Positions 1 to 12,832 of a DNA stretch of 64,000 nt are shown here, in pieces. Source of the stretch: Guillardia theta CCMP2712 (lineage: Eukaryota; Protista; Cryptophyta); assembly GCF_000315625.1 (NCBI RefSeq), contig NW_005434631.1:124001-188000 (forward strand). The letters run 5' to 3'. Numbering within the stretch: the first letter of the stretch is position 1; each line of letters begins with the position of its first letter. The position numbers and the translations under genes are program-made. The notes beneath the pieces are model-generated. The model saw only the letters and a list, made by a program, of their open reading frames with translations. It was not told the DNA's origin and did not search any database.

Positions 1-3000
1 TTTATTTGGCACAAGGCCTCCTGCTCTTGCAGCTCTCTCGACTTTTGTGCACAGTCAGTGAGCTGATCTTTGAGCCCATTCAACTCGTCCACGACAACTT
101 TCAGCGCCGACCTCTTCGCATCAAGATCCTTCATCGCTTCCGACAGCTCCGCCTCTGCTTGAGCAAGCTTCTCCTTCTTGGGAGCGACGATCTTTGCTAC
201 CCTGTCGTACCCCTCCATGGCCAGGACCCACTTGCAGAGACCTTCTGCGGCACTGGAGGCCTTGGCTATCTGCTGGGGAGTGAAGTTTTCGTCGGGTTTG
301 AACTCTTTCCTGATCCTCTCGATGACCTTAGTGGGGATGTGCTCCTTGTCGTACTCTCTCAGTGTTTGCAGCAGAGTTCCAGCTCCCAGCAGCTTCACTG
401 CAGGGCTCCACCAGTCGTCGATCTTCGCACCGGGTTTGTCAGGGTCCGGCTTCTTGTCGGGCTTGATCTCGAGCATGACAAGCACAGCCTTCATCGCGAG
501 CTGCACACCAGCGGGAGGTTTGCCCATAGCCTTGACGAGGTCGATGTCTTGCTTCTTGATGGTGTCCAGCGCCTTGAGCGCGTCGTTGAGGATCGGGATG
601 GCCTCCGCCAGGTCGGCCTCGCACTCGTCCTTCACTTTCTTCACGTCTGCCGCCTGCTTAGCAGTCGCTTCCTCGTCTTTCTGAGCCACGGCCTTCTGAG
701 CCTCCACCTCGGGCACCTTGGCCTCAACTTTCTCGGTGAGAGCCGCCGTGTCCTGCTGGGCCTTGACAAGGCCGGGCTGAAGGTCGAGCAGCTCTTGCTT
801 CATTGAGCCCACAGACTCCTCGGCCAAGCTCAAGGCCTCGAGCCCCTTCTTGTACCTCTTGATCAGCATCGCCACGTTCTCTCGTTTCACCCCTAAGAGC
901 GTCTTGTACGTGCTGATCAGCTCCAAGTAGGAGGTGGGAGTCATATAGTTCCTCCTCCTCGTCTCGGTGAAGAACTTCTCTGACATCTTGCGTGCGCTGA
1001 CATGCATCTCGATGCACATCTCGACGCACCTCTCGCGGACGTCCCCAGCCATCTCGACCTCCTGCAGGAAACGGGAGGCCACAGACTTGAGCGCGTCATC
1101 GGGCCATATAGTGAACCAGTCGATGGTGCAGCAGTTGACGAGGGAGGGGAACTGTCTCAACCTGCTCCTGAAGGCTTCTCCGATGGGACTGAACGCCAAG
1201 ACAACGTGCAGGTTCGACTTGCATCGGTCGATGAAGAAAGCCCAGGCCTCAGCTGGGGTGTTCAAAGTTTTGCCTTGCTGCTTTGCCGCTGGCCTCACCT
1301 TCTCTCCCAGCGTCGCCTTTTCGTCCGACGCAAAGAGGTTTGGAACCTCTGCCGTGTTTAGCAAGTTGTTAATGTCTTCCACGAAGGACTCATATTTGAT
1401 CTGACTATCTGTAAAGAGGAATGTGGTTGATTTTCCGTCTCCTCCTGCAGTGGAAAGCAACTTCTTCAAGTCTTCTCTCCATTCGTTCTTTCCATACGTC
1501 TTTGATATCTCAATCTCAACAACTGTGAAGTCCATTATGAATGAGGCTAGTCGTGTGCAACTTTGTCGACCGCTCCCTCCGATGCCAACTAGCAACGCAT
1601 TTCCACCAGGGCTGCGCAAGACTCTGCAAACCCTGCTGATATGCTCAATCATGAACAAGAACAGAACAAGTTGCATGGGCTTCTTGCTTATCACGTTGTA
1701 GTCATCCAGAAACGTGTTGCACACCTCGATAGCTTTCTGCGGATCAGGAACTTCTGCATAACCTCCCTTGCCATCTGGGCCGCAGAAATCAGTGAAGATG
1801 AGTCTACGCATCTGTGGGATTCCAACAACGCCTTCATCTGCTTCTGTCATCAAGTGCTCCATCATCTTGTTCAGGTCCAAGCTCCAATTCTTTTTCAGAA
1901 CTTCCCTGATGTATTGAATCAACCACTCGCGGTCTGCATCATCGTTGAGCCTGTCATAGTAGACTCGTAAGATCTCATGAACCCACAACCTTGCAACTTG
2001 TTCAGAGTTTGTCAGCTTGCTTGTATCTGCCATTAAAAACCCGAAAATTACTCTCCCGAAATCTCTCAAATTGAACAAATAGTGACTTTTCATCGGAGTA
2101 GGTAACAACTTTTCCAGCGCTGAATCGTACACGTCCATGGTCGATTTGATGACAGCGTCCTTCAATCCTTTGATCGTCTGGGAGACAGCTCTCTTGTCAA
2201 ACTCAAACTTGATGATAGATTCGAAGATCCCTGTCATGGCTTCATTGTCGAACTCCGTCACGCTGATCACGTTGAACCATCTCAAGAATCTGGGAGTTAT
2301 GAAGGTACGTCCTCCCCCAGGAGGCCCCATCGCACATACGTACATCATGTCAATGATTGTCCTGAAAGTCTTCTCCTTGTTGTCATACCATCCGTTATGA
2401 TCCAGGTACTGCCGCAGAATCTCGATGGGAGGTTGCGCTCCGTAGACTTCTTTCGTGGGCATGTTGAGGTCATCGATGAAGACGATGCACTTCTTGCCAA
2501 CGGGTGGGCCATACACGCCCTTCCTCCTCTTGTCCAGCTTCCCATCAATGATGTCTTGTGTTTGCATCGCACTTGTCTGTGCTGAAAACCCTAAAGAGAT
2601 CGTCGTGTACTCGTCGGGGCTCAGACCGTTCAGAAGGTGATTGTTGATGTAGATCGTTTTGCCCGTACCCGTTGGTCCAACAAGCAGAAAAGCCATTCTA
2701 TTCAGATCATGATTCAGCACAGCATTTCGACAACAAATATCCAGCAGGTAGGTGTATCGGGTGGTATCAATGGTCGGCACTATGATCTCGTGGGGCTGTA
2801 GGCTCGTGTCAAACGGCTCTCTGTCAATCTTGGACGTCCAGCTGTTCCATTTTCCTTTTGCAGTATCGAAGTAATACTGATAGATGTTGCCTTCCTTGGG
2901 GTACGGGTTCATGATCATGTAGTTGCCTCTCTCCCCCTCCTCGTTGTAGGGCGGAGGAACGGTCCCTGCCGCGCTCTCCTTGATGAACTCGGTGAACCTC

Positions 3001-6000
3001 TCTCGTCCTGCCGAGTCCACACTGGCGCACACGCTCCAAGTCAGGCAGAAGAGGAAGATACCCTCCACCTGCGTTGCGCTGTCCTTTTCGCTCATCTTGA
3101 ACTGCTTCGGGTCTTCTACTTTGAAGTCTGTCAGCATGCTGTCGATCATCTTGAACAGCCCCCATGCCATCATGTTGTCCGAGGAGGGCGAAACCTCTTT
3201 CAGCTCTTTCCTCAGGAACTTCAAGGCCGGAGGCACCAGCCATCGGAAGAGAGACTCAATGATTTCTTTGTTCGCTATGGAGACAGTCTCAGGTAACGTG
3301 TTGAGCCATGAGCTCAGGCTGGGCAGCATTCCCATCTGGTGGGGCTCATAGTACACCATCCCGCAACGGCTAACTGTCGCTGGTGAAGCCACTTCCAGAT
3401 CTTGCGGTTCGAAGATCATGTTCATGGACGAAGACATCTGAATGATCTCTCCGCTCACCAGACAGAGCTTCTTGTTGTCATCAAGGACAGTGTTCATGTT
3501 CTCGATCCACACCGCATCGACAGGCCCATCAAACAGAACCCATTTACGATCCGGCGTTTGATCAGATGCAGCAGCCCGGAAGTTGATTGCAAGGATGCCA
3601 TCGGTCCATTCATGAGAGACGGGATCAAACTGTCCATACAGCTGGCCCAATGTCACGCTCTTGGGGTTCATGGTGTAGATTCGGACCTTGTTCTCTTCAT
3701 TCTGCCCCAGCTCGTTGAGTTTACCCAGAGAGTCACTTAAAACGCGGTAGCTGCGAGTTTTCCCTCCATACGACAGGCCAACCACCATGAGACCATGTCG
3801 AACGACAATCATTTCATACAGCTCGATTGTTTTCTGAATGAAGTATTTCTCTGGCTGCAGATTGCTCTGCTCACAGCTCCAATTGATTGCGGACAGCATG
3901 TTCAAGTAATCTGGCTTCGGCAACTCGACGCCAGGAAATAAATCTTTGGCGATGCCTTCAAACAGAGGTAGATCATGTGAGAGAAACTTTGGCACATTCA
4001 CATCTCTAATAGCACGGAGCATTAAAATTGCCTCGTCTTGTTCAGTGTACACTTGCTTCAGATTGCCTGCTGCTCGAAGGACGGCCATCACAGCTCTCAT
4101 GCCGTAGTCATAGTGCGTCTGAGATGATAACTGCTCACTACATAACTTGTATGTAGCAACAATCTTTTTGGCAAGTACTCGTGCGTCACTGAAGCCAAAC
4201 GACATCAGCAATATTTCTCCAATCATGGCATAATCGGGAACCATCATCGCAACAGTCCTGAACAAAACTTTCAAATTGTCGGGCAATTCACTGCGTCCAG
4301 CATATCCAGGATTCATCTGCGACCCGAAACATCAGGTTGATGGGAAAGCGCAAAGAATCTTACCGTGATGAAAACTGCGCAGGAGCGAACGAGCTGAAGG
4401 GTGCTCCCTTCAAACTCGAACTGGGTTGAACCCAACTGGACGTTCCTTTGGATCACCATGATCTGCTGCGCTACAACACTGAGAACTTCGAGCTCAATCC
4501 TGTTGAACTCATCGAAGCATGCCCAAGCACCACAGCTGGCAACTCCTTTGAAGAATTTTCCCATAGCGAGATAATCAAGTCCATCAGAGCAATTGAAAAC
4601 GACGCAGTAATTTGCAATGGCCTTGGCAAGATCTTTTGTCGTCTCAGTCTTACCTGTCCCAGCTGGTCCTTCAGGAGCGCCACCAAGGTAGAGCTGTAAA
4701 GCCCCCATCAAGGTGCGGTATGCTCGGTCAGTGAGAGGAGTCACGACAAGACGCGAGCTGACACCCAGGTACTCGTACCCGTACTTGATCTCTGCTGTGA
4801 TCATCTTACAGACCACATTGTTTTCTTCCCAATAATATCGAAGTTGAGCAAGCCAAGAGAAGTCTAAATTCGATTTGACACCTTCGTCTGCCAGATTGAC
4901 CGTCATGTCCCTTGCGTGAACATCTAAGACCACCATGGCTCCGATGCTGTTTCTCTGAAGTTTCGTCAAGGACCCTCGTACCAATTCAACGATGTCATCA
5001 AGTTGACGAGTACATTTCTCTGCATATTTCCTGACTCCTTGCCCACTGGGATCCACGATTGCTTGTTCAACTTCACTGGTCCAGTACATTTGTCCGATTG
5101 CTATAACAACCATTCCTGGCCATTCGAGAACCCATTTTTCTCTATTCAATTCTTGATAGCTTATCCTTCCTTTTGAGCACTGATCTTTGACAGCTTCCTT
5201 CATCATGCCTTCTGTTTGCAACAACCATTTCTCAACAGCCCCACGTGCTTCTGCTGGATTAATCTTGCGAGGCCATGGAACGTTCTCACCCTCCCCACTG
5301 ATCATGCCCTCTGCAATTAAGTCCTCATTGAAGTTTAACTTTGATATGGCCTCGAAACATTTCTTCAGATGAGGTTGTACGCGCAGAGGATCTTTGGTCT
5401 CAGCCAAGATTTCGAGCAACTCGTCGTTCGACAAGAAAAAGAACCGAGGAAAAAACAATCTCTTCTGTTCTAGGTAAGCATTCAGTCCCTTGTTGATCAA
5501 ATCCAGTAACTCAAATGACTCCTTGAGGGAATCAATCAAGCCATCTGTCTTGACAAAACTTAGAACTTTGGGGTCCTCCATGCATCGCGAAACAGTTGTT
5601 CGAAACACATTATCAACTTGCCCAAATCGCTCTGCTTCCTTCGGCATTTGCTTTTTGATGTCATCTGACGCAAAGATGGGTTCTAGGTAGAGCCATTGTG
5701 CTTGAACTTTTAACCAATAGTCAATCACTTCCTGGGTGGTCTGCAGGAAATCATCCCACTCTTTTGCCCTTTGCATGAAAACCTTGATGTAAGGAGATGC
5801 TAGCATGGTTTGAGTCTTGACAATTTGATCATCCAATATTGCTTGTATCTCATCAACGCTACTTCCAGCCAGTATGGAAGTTCCTGTGTCGCGGTATGGC
5901 TGCATTGCAAATTCAATTTCTTTCCACTCGGACAACTGCTTATCAAGGTTCTTCTCTAATGACCATTCTTTGCTGGCTGAGTCACTGATTTCTTCCATCT

Positions 6001-9000
6001 TCGGAATGTGAGGTTCCAATTTCTTGTCGATCATATCTTGAAGACTTGTTCGCTCATTAGGCTTAATAGAGAAACCGACGACCTGAGCAAAGGCTTCCCA
6101 ATGTCTGCTCCTCAAGCCGCCATTACAAAGAATGGCTACCAATGGAACGTGGGGCTTGAAAGAGCCTATCAAATCTTTCATGAATTCAGAGAGGGCAAGC
6201 ATACTCGGCTTTTCACTGTATGTCTTTGTGAACTTGTAAGCTTGCCTCCAAGAGTTATCAATGTCAGATTCGACCTTCTCAGGATCTAGGTCAAGAATAG
6301 ATCCGTGGAGCATCGACTCAATCATCTGTTGACTGTCATAGACGGTCCTATACAGGTTTTCGAAGGGCTCTAGTTTCTTGAGGTTCTGCTCTACTTGAGG
6401 ATTGACTGTTGGATTCCATCCGAATATTTCTTCTTGCTCGTTGATTTTGTTCAATTCTTCTTGCAGCTCTTCCAGAGTAGTGTGGACCTTGATCGCTTGT
6501 TGCATGTAGCTTTCTACAAGCTTCGGATCTCCCAATTGTTCAAAAGAGACGATTTCTTGCGTTGTAGCATCTACAGCCTCTTCGAACTTCTTCTGACGAT
6601 CTCTCAATTGATCCTCCATCTTTTCTTCTTGCGTCAATATCCTTTCCATCGCCGCGTCCAGTACAGGAACAATTTTATCTGGCCATAGATAGGTCTTTGT
6701 GTTCAGCATCATCACATCATCCGGTATATCCTTGCCAAGTTCATGCAAGAAGTCCATTCCTTTCACAACCTTTTCGATCTTGTTTTGAAGCAAGGCTTGC
6801 TCTTGTGGGGCTGCTTCAAGATAAGCTTTCAACGCCTTCATCTCATGCGATTCCTTCGGCTTTTCCATCGCTCTTGAGTTCAAACCTTCAAATCTCTGAC
6901 AGATTTCTTCCATCTCTTCATTTGTTTCCACTAGCACCTGCTGTAGCAGCGTGTCTGCAATAGCATTAGCCTTCAGAGAAATTCCTCTCTTCAGCAGCTC
7001 CGTCTGAACCACAAATAAACCCATTTGAACTTCTTCGATTGTCAAATCTTTCACATCTTCAGCAGCCTTCCTGTACCGTTTGATTTCCTTCCTGTAATCA
7101 TCTAAAGAGTGCTTTGCATGTTTGAATTCTTCTCCAATTTTAACGTGATCGATTGATAGCAAATTGTTGTACTCATGGATGAATTGTTCGAAAATTTTGA
7201 CGATTCTCTTGGGACCTTCAAGGTTGTTTACAATCACATGGGCTACCCTGGACTTAGCTGATCTAATCGATTCTTCGTCACTTCGCACAACTCGCAGACA
7301 AGTGAGGCTGTCAGAGTTGTCGAACAACTGAGCTGCGAGACTGGACGCGTCCTCTTCCAACTTTTCATCTGTGACTAAACGATCATCATTTTGAGCTGCG
7401 GAGTCTGAATAAGGCGAATAAGATGCCATATCTGCGCAAGTTATAACAGGAAATCCGTCAACAGCAGAGACCGCTTGATCTATGATAGAGGAAAGAGTCG
7501 ATTCCATCTCTTCAAGAGTAGGTTCAATACGGATTTGATTTCCACGTATCATCAGCTTCACGAAGAGGGCAGGAGAAATCTTGATGTCGTTTGCTCCGTT
7601 GACAGACGCTTGGATCTCTTCATCATCAAGCGGGTGGAATTCTTCGAAGTACTGTGCTAGATGGTTGCAACTTGCCTCCAGCAAACCTCGCAATTGCCTC
7701 GTCAACAGAACAGATATTGATCGAAATAGATGAGTTTTTGACTTCACTAGGTCGTCGTGAATATCATATGGAGGTCGAAGCAAACTTTTGATGATTTCTG
7801 GTAACCATTTCTTCTTGAGAATATTCCGTACAGATTCGCAGTAATCGATCTGCGAAATTTTGAACTTTTCAAGCTCTAAAGTCTTAGCGGAACCACTGCT
7901 CGCGACATCAAACAGAATAGAATTCTCGAAAGATTTTGTGGTGCTTTCTCTCATCCAAATTCTTTGTATCTCTAGAATACATGAATTGACAGAGAAGAGC
8001 ATATTAGAAATGTTTTCACGGGCCTGTCTGACACTATGGGTCCAACCTTGTGGAGGGTTGTTGTTACCTCGATTCAAACTAATCAAAACAGTGAGTTATC
8101 CTGCGAATGAAGATATTTGTTACCTTTCTCCGAAAACGAATTCCAATCTGTGCTTCAAATGTATCTCTCGAGGTGTCTCGTGGATCTGTAAGCGCCTGCG
8201 CTCGGGCCGATGCAAGAGAAGATATTCTGCTATGCTCAACCGTACACTATCAATATACATGTCATTCATCTCAGACAGCATCTCATCGACCAAAACATCA
8301 AGTTCCGTCTTGTTGATGCCAGTAAAGGAATCAATCTTTGCTACTTCGCAAGCATTGTATATCCATTCCTTCTTGATCGGAGCTATTGAATCGCTTCCAA
8401 TTCCAGACATGAAGGATTCAAATTTCTACCAAATAAAGTCAAGGCGCGAAATACAGTCAAGAAGCCTATTACATCGATCCACTCAATCTCCTCCTTGCTC
8501 AAAGGATTTATGATGTCAACTCTCTTCAATTGCAACTCCCTGGAAACAAATATTTTGAATCAGCAACGTTCAAAAGACACAGCGCAGAGGGACCTATGCC
8601 TGTGAAATCTCATTCGAGACTCAGAAGGCTCTCCATGTTCAGGCGTATCTTCACGGTTGTTGAGATCATCGTATGACACCGAAGCTTCAGATCTGTTCGA
8701 CTTTTTGGGACTACCTGAAGGATGATGCAACGACGACTGCAAAGTAGAAACACAATCAATCCAACTTCTTGTCTGGGTAATCTTCAAACCTTGCTTGCAT
8801 GCCCCACGTCATGACCTGAAGGGCGCCTCTCCAACAGAGCTTTCGTTAGCTTCATCGCTTTCGGGCTGTAGTAGCTTGCGATTCTGTCACTTGGACTTCG
8901 GAACACTAGGTCATGCTCAAAAGAAGGAGCAGCTCGAGTCATGGCGCATGCGTTGAAAGGCGAGCCATACTTGGATGCCGTCTCTCCTTGCGTCTGCGAT

Positions 9001-9188
9001 CCCCTCCTCGCAGAGGGAGAGGAGATCGCAAGTTTCGGTGGTGAGTTGCTGGTGTTAGCAAGGCCATGCGACATGCGAGAGCCAATCGGAGCTCCAGGAG
9101 GAATTCTGATTCCATGTTTGGTTGTCTCACCATGCCCATTGGAGGAATCGAAACCATTGACTTGAACCGACAATGGTTTAGTAGGCAT
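1..9188 (-). CDS. Axonemal dynein heavy chain (inner-arm, DNAH3/7/12-like), multi-exon, 3' end runs off the window
   Basis: AAA1 P-loop GGAPEGPAGTGKTETTKDLAK, CFDEFNRI and RLVVTPLTDRAY in ORF 4313..8086. A 47-nt intron at 4317-4363 (GTAAGA...CAG) joins FIT|MNPGYAGRSELPDNLK. Downstream are LLVGPTGTGKT (~2660-2690), GNALLVGIGGSGRQS (~1560-1605) and stalk-region YMTPTSYLELI (~915-948). The N-terminal exons (8120-9188) are less certain. Confidence 0.95.
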
Positions 9189-9537
9189 GGTCTTGTCTGC
9201 TCGGCTTCAGGTTCCTGGACAAGTTATTGGATCTTCTTGACCTTGCTGTTGAGCTGCATGCTTCACTCGCCTCGTTTCACACACTTCTCCACCTCCCCTC
9301 TGCTTCATGTTCTCTCTTGCTCTGCACCCTTCCTCCCATTGCTGCCCAGTTGACTAACCGCCATACGGCCCTACTGTACCCCTACCCCCCACCCCCTTTC
9401 GCAAACATCACTCTGGCATAATAGTATGGCAGGCAAGTGCATCAGCCCACCCCACCTACTACAGAACTCTCCTGAGGGGGGCTTGCCGTTACATATGGAA
9501 ATTTTCAGACGGGAGGGAAGAGACTACTGGTTTGCTT

Positions 9538-10635
9538 CTAATTTATTCGCTCCAGAGAACGAGGATGAGGGGTAGAAGAAGTATGGAATACATAAACTTG
9601 TTCGAATGGTATTGAGTCATCGGAAATGTAAATCGGAGAATAATTGTAGATGAGCAGCGAATTCAGTTGGGGCCCTTTTGATAGCGGAGGCCTGCTGTTT
9701 TTCTTTGCCTCTGTGATGAGCGCATTTGATAACATTTGTGCCATAAGTATTGCTTGTGGATCATGAGAAATTTCCTGCCCTGTTTTCCATTCAAAAACTG
9801 GTTTTTCTGGGTGGAATTGAGTCCCACTGATAGGAAAGTCGATGGCCTCCATGCTCGACACGTAGATTTTCCCTTGCAAATCTGCACTCGTTGACAGGAT
9901 TCGAAAAAAACTTTGTAGACTTGGGAAGTTTTTGTACGCCTCAGGACTCACACCATACATGTGATGCTCCACAGCAATCTTCTTTTTCCGTGCAGCTTCA
10001 AACAAGTCATTGGAGAAATTCTGAAAGAGCCGCGAATGCCGAGCTGACTCTGTGAAATTCAATTTAGATCGACAGTTTGTACTGTTGAATGTCTGCAACA
10101 CGCCTCCGCTTCTGGCTACCAGAATATGCAAGAGCTCAAATCCAAGACATGTCCCATGGAGCGGAAACCAGAACCCACGTTTGTTCAGATCGATAACATG
10201 TTCAAACAGAGATTTCGATGTCTCAAAAAATAGAGTTCCTGGCTGCAGAGGGACAGCACCTATCAAACGTCACTCACGTTCGCATCGCATAAACACGGTA
10301 CAAAGCATATCGGTATAAATCACACGGTACGAATCATATCCAAACTTCTTACCTCCTGGGAATAGTAACATGTGCACGTATCGCATCCTGAACATGATCT
10401 CATCATGCGGAGCGTTGAAGATAATCGGAATGACTCTCGCGCCCGCCATCTCGACAAACTTGACGTAGCTAGATGCGATGTAGCTGCCGCTTTCATTGCA
10501 ACCTCGGAACCCAGTACAAGGTTGCGAAAGAATACCAACTATTGGTCGCTCGTTGCCTTGTACGTCAGCCAAGGATAGGAGGAGGAAGCAAGTGACAGCA
10601 TTTACAACGATGGGGAAGGCCGAGGACTTGTGCAT
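9538..10635 (-). CDS. GGH: Gamma-glutamyl hydrolase (peptidase C26), 2 exons, with signal peptide
   Basis: ERPIVGILSQP, YIASSYVKFVEMAGARVIPI and LLFPGG motifs. Catalytic GTCLGFELL and QFHPEK. Intron 10260-10352 joins the two ORFs. The N-terminus is hydrophobic. Confidence 0.92.
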
Positions 10636-11476
10636 GTCCTGCAGCAGCAACGAGAGGCTGCGAGAACGACCGACAACACGATCACGCCATGGGGAAGTCA
10701 ACGTAAAACAAGTTTTGAGAAGAGAGTACAATATCTGTACCGACAGTCATGGATTTACGTCTCTGTTGCCTAACAATTCTTGTACAAAGTTTAGAATAAA
10801 ATTTTAAATACTCCTACAAAACTAAAAGTAATCTTCTTTTATCCCAGTACAGATCCAACCAATGGACCAGGGGTCCTCTTATTTATTTGTTGAAACTGGT
10901 AGTGTAGCTCAGCTGGTGGGGGTGGGGGTGCAGGCTAGGGGTTGGTTGGTGCAATCAAAAATGCCTTTTACGGGGAGCGCGAAGCACGAAGGAGAGAAGG
11001 AGGGACAGCGACGGAGAAAGGCAGAGAGGAGGGTGGAGATACGAAGAAAGAAAGGAAGAAGAATCGATCAGAGTCACTTTGGGGAAAGAGCAGCTGAACA
11101 AGATCTTGGCATCATGGTGCTGCAAAACGATGGGCCAGTCTAGATTTAAGTTGGATGAGATGGACTAGGACGTGGAGAGAAGAGAAAGATGATGCGAACA
11201 AAGCATGGTAAGTGTGGTAGTGAGTTGTTTCAGGAGTGGCAATGCGTTAGCAGTCAAGACGGGACAGTCAAGAGAATTTTCTGGGAGAACAATGCTACTT
11301 GCTTGTAGCTGACCCATTTTCATTTACAGAAGAATCACAATACTGACCATCTTCAACTGCAAGAAAAAGATTATTCACGTAGGCATATGATACGCTGTGG
11401 TGGATTTAACACCTCGAGTTTTGGGGTGAAGTCGAAAGCCTCTCTCTCAAACCTGTAGTGCATAACCCTTGGCTAT

Positions 11477-12635
11477 TTGTTTGTTTCGGTTTCCTATATC
11501 TTCTCCGACTTGATATTTTTTCGCAAAAATGCCCGATGCAATGACAGGTATGTGAAAGATATAAAATATTGCTGCTGCTCATGCTTGCCTGCTACAGGTG
11601 GACAATATTCCAGAAGGATCCTTCGCATTAACCGCTTCACAATCCTGATGGATGTTGTGACGACGAGCATTGCTGTTGGGTTGGTCATCTTTTACATATT
11701 TTCCTTGGCGAGCGCTCCACTAGAAACACAAAGTGAGATGGACTTCAAGCTGCTTCTGGCCTATGTGTGCTTCACCGTGATTCTGAGAATATTCTACATG
11801 ATTCAGCTGATTGCAAAGCTGAAAGTGTACTGGGAGCATGGCCCCTGCGAGGTTACAGAGCTTCCTTTCCAGAACCTCATCGACTTTGTTGGCAAGTTTG
11901 TTCCTCTAGTCGAACCAGGACACATCATTTGCCTGTGTTGGATGACTAGCCGTGTGTTTCCGTTCAAGTCGTGCGGTGTAACGTACTGGGCAGTCTGCAG
12001 ATCCATGCAGATTGCTTCCACAGTGTTTGTTGCCATCTGGATCTTCACTGGTTTGTTTGTTCTGTTTGTCATCTTCAGCATTGCCTTCTACGGGGGAAAC
12101 CAGGCACGGAGATCTGAAGTCCTCACGATGACGCCGATCCCGGACCCGTTGAGACATTCTATAATCAACAACCTCCCCATCAGCCACAACGCTCCTCCGG
12201 ATAACGATCCTTGCGCCATCTGTTTTGAGGTTGACACACAACATGAATGGTGAGAAACAGGTTCAAGTCTGACAGTCAGGCTGACTGGTTCTGGCTGTTT
12301 GCAGGAGGGTCCTTCCGTGTGGTCATAGATTTCATCCCAACTGTATCGACGACTGGCTGCGCAAGCCGAGTAAGTGGCGAACTGTGGGTTCATCTTGTCC
12401 TCATTCACTCGCTCTTTCGTTCCCAGATGGAAGTTGCCCGACTTGCCGGCAGGACCCTGTGGCAAGACACGGGAACAACCCGATGCCTGAGGAAACAAGA
12501 GTCCCCGTACAGGTTGAGGGGCGGCGTAGACTGCAAGTTTGCTCTCCTGACGTGGTTCGCAGGAGCAAGCACCGGCACAGGACAGTGCAAATCGCCATGG
12601 CACAGAAGGAGAGGAAGAACACGGATTCAGGATAA
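11477..12635 (+). CDS. Multi-pass membrane protein with C-terminal RING-H2 finger (E3 ligase-like); 5' end uncertain
   Basis: Several hydrophobic segments, then CAICFE..W | intron | RVLPCGHRFHPNCIDDWL | intron | SCPTCRQ, which is the C3H2C3 spacing. Confidence 0.8.
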
Positions 12636-12832
12636 TAGCAGTCACTTAAAACATTCACTTCAAGTTACGTTGGGACCTCGTTGATCAGGTTAATGTGCAT
12701 CGGGTCCAATGTTGAGGTGAAGACAACTGTACCCTCCTCTCCCCTGTCTTCTCCTTTCCTTCCTTCTTTTGCCTCACCCTTCCAAACTCACAGTCTTCCC
12801 CCCTCCCCCCCCCTCCTGTTTCTCCCTCCTCA

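Noticed and set aside
6-3740. Plus-strand ORFs (6..806, 967..1404 and others)
   Set aside because: Antisense shadows of the GC3-rich dynein exon, which the ORF track missed because it runs off the window edge.
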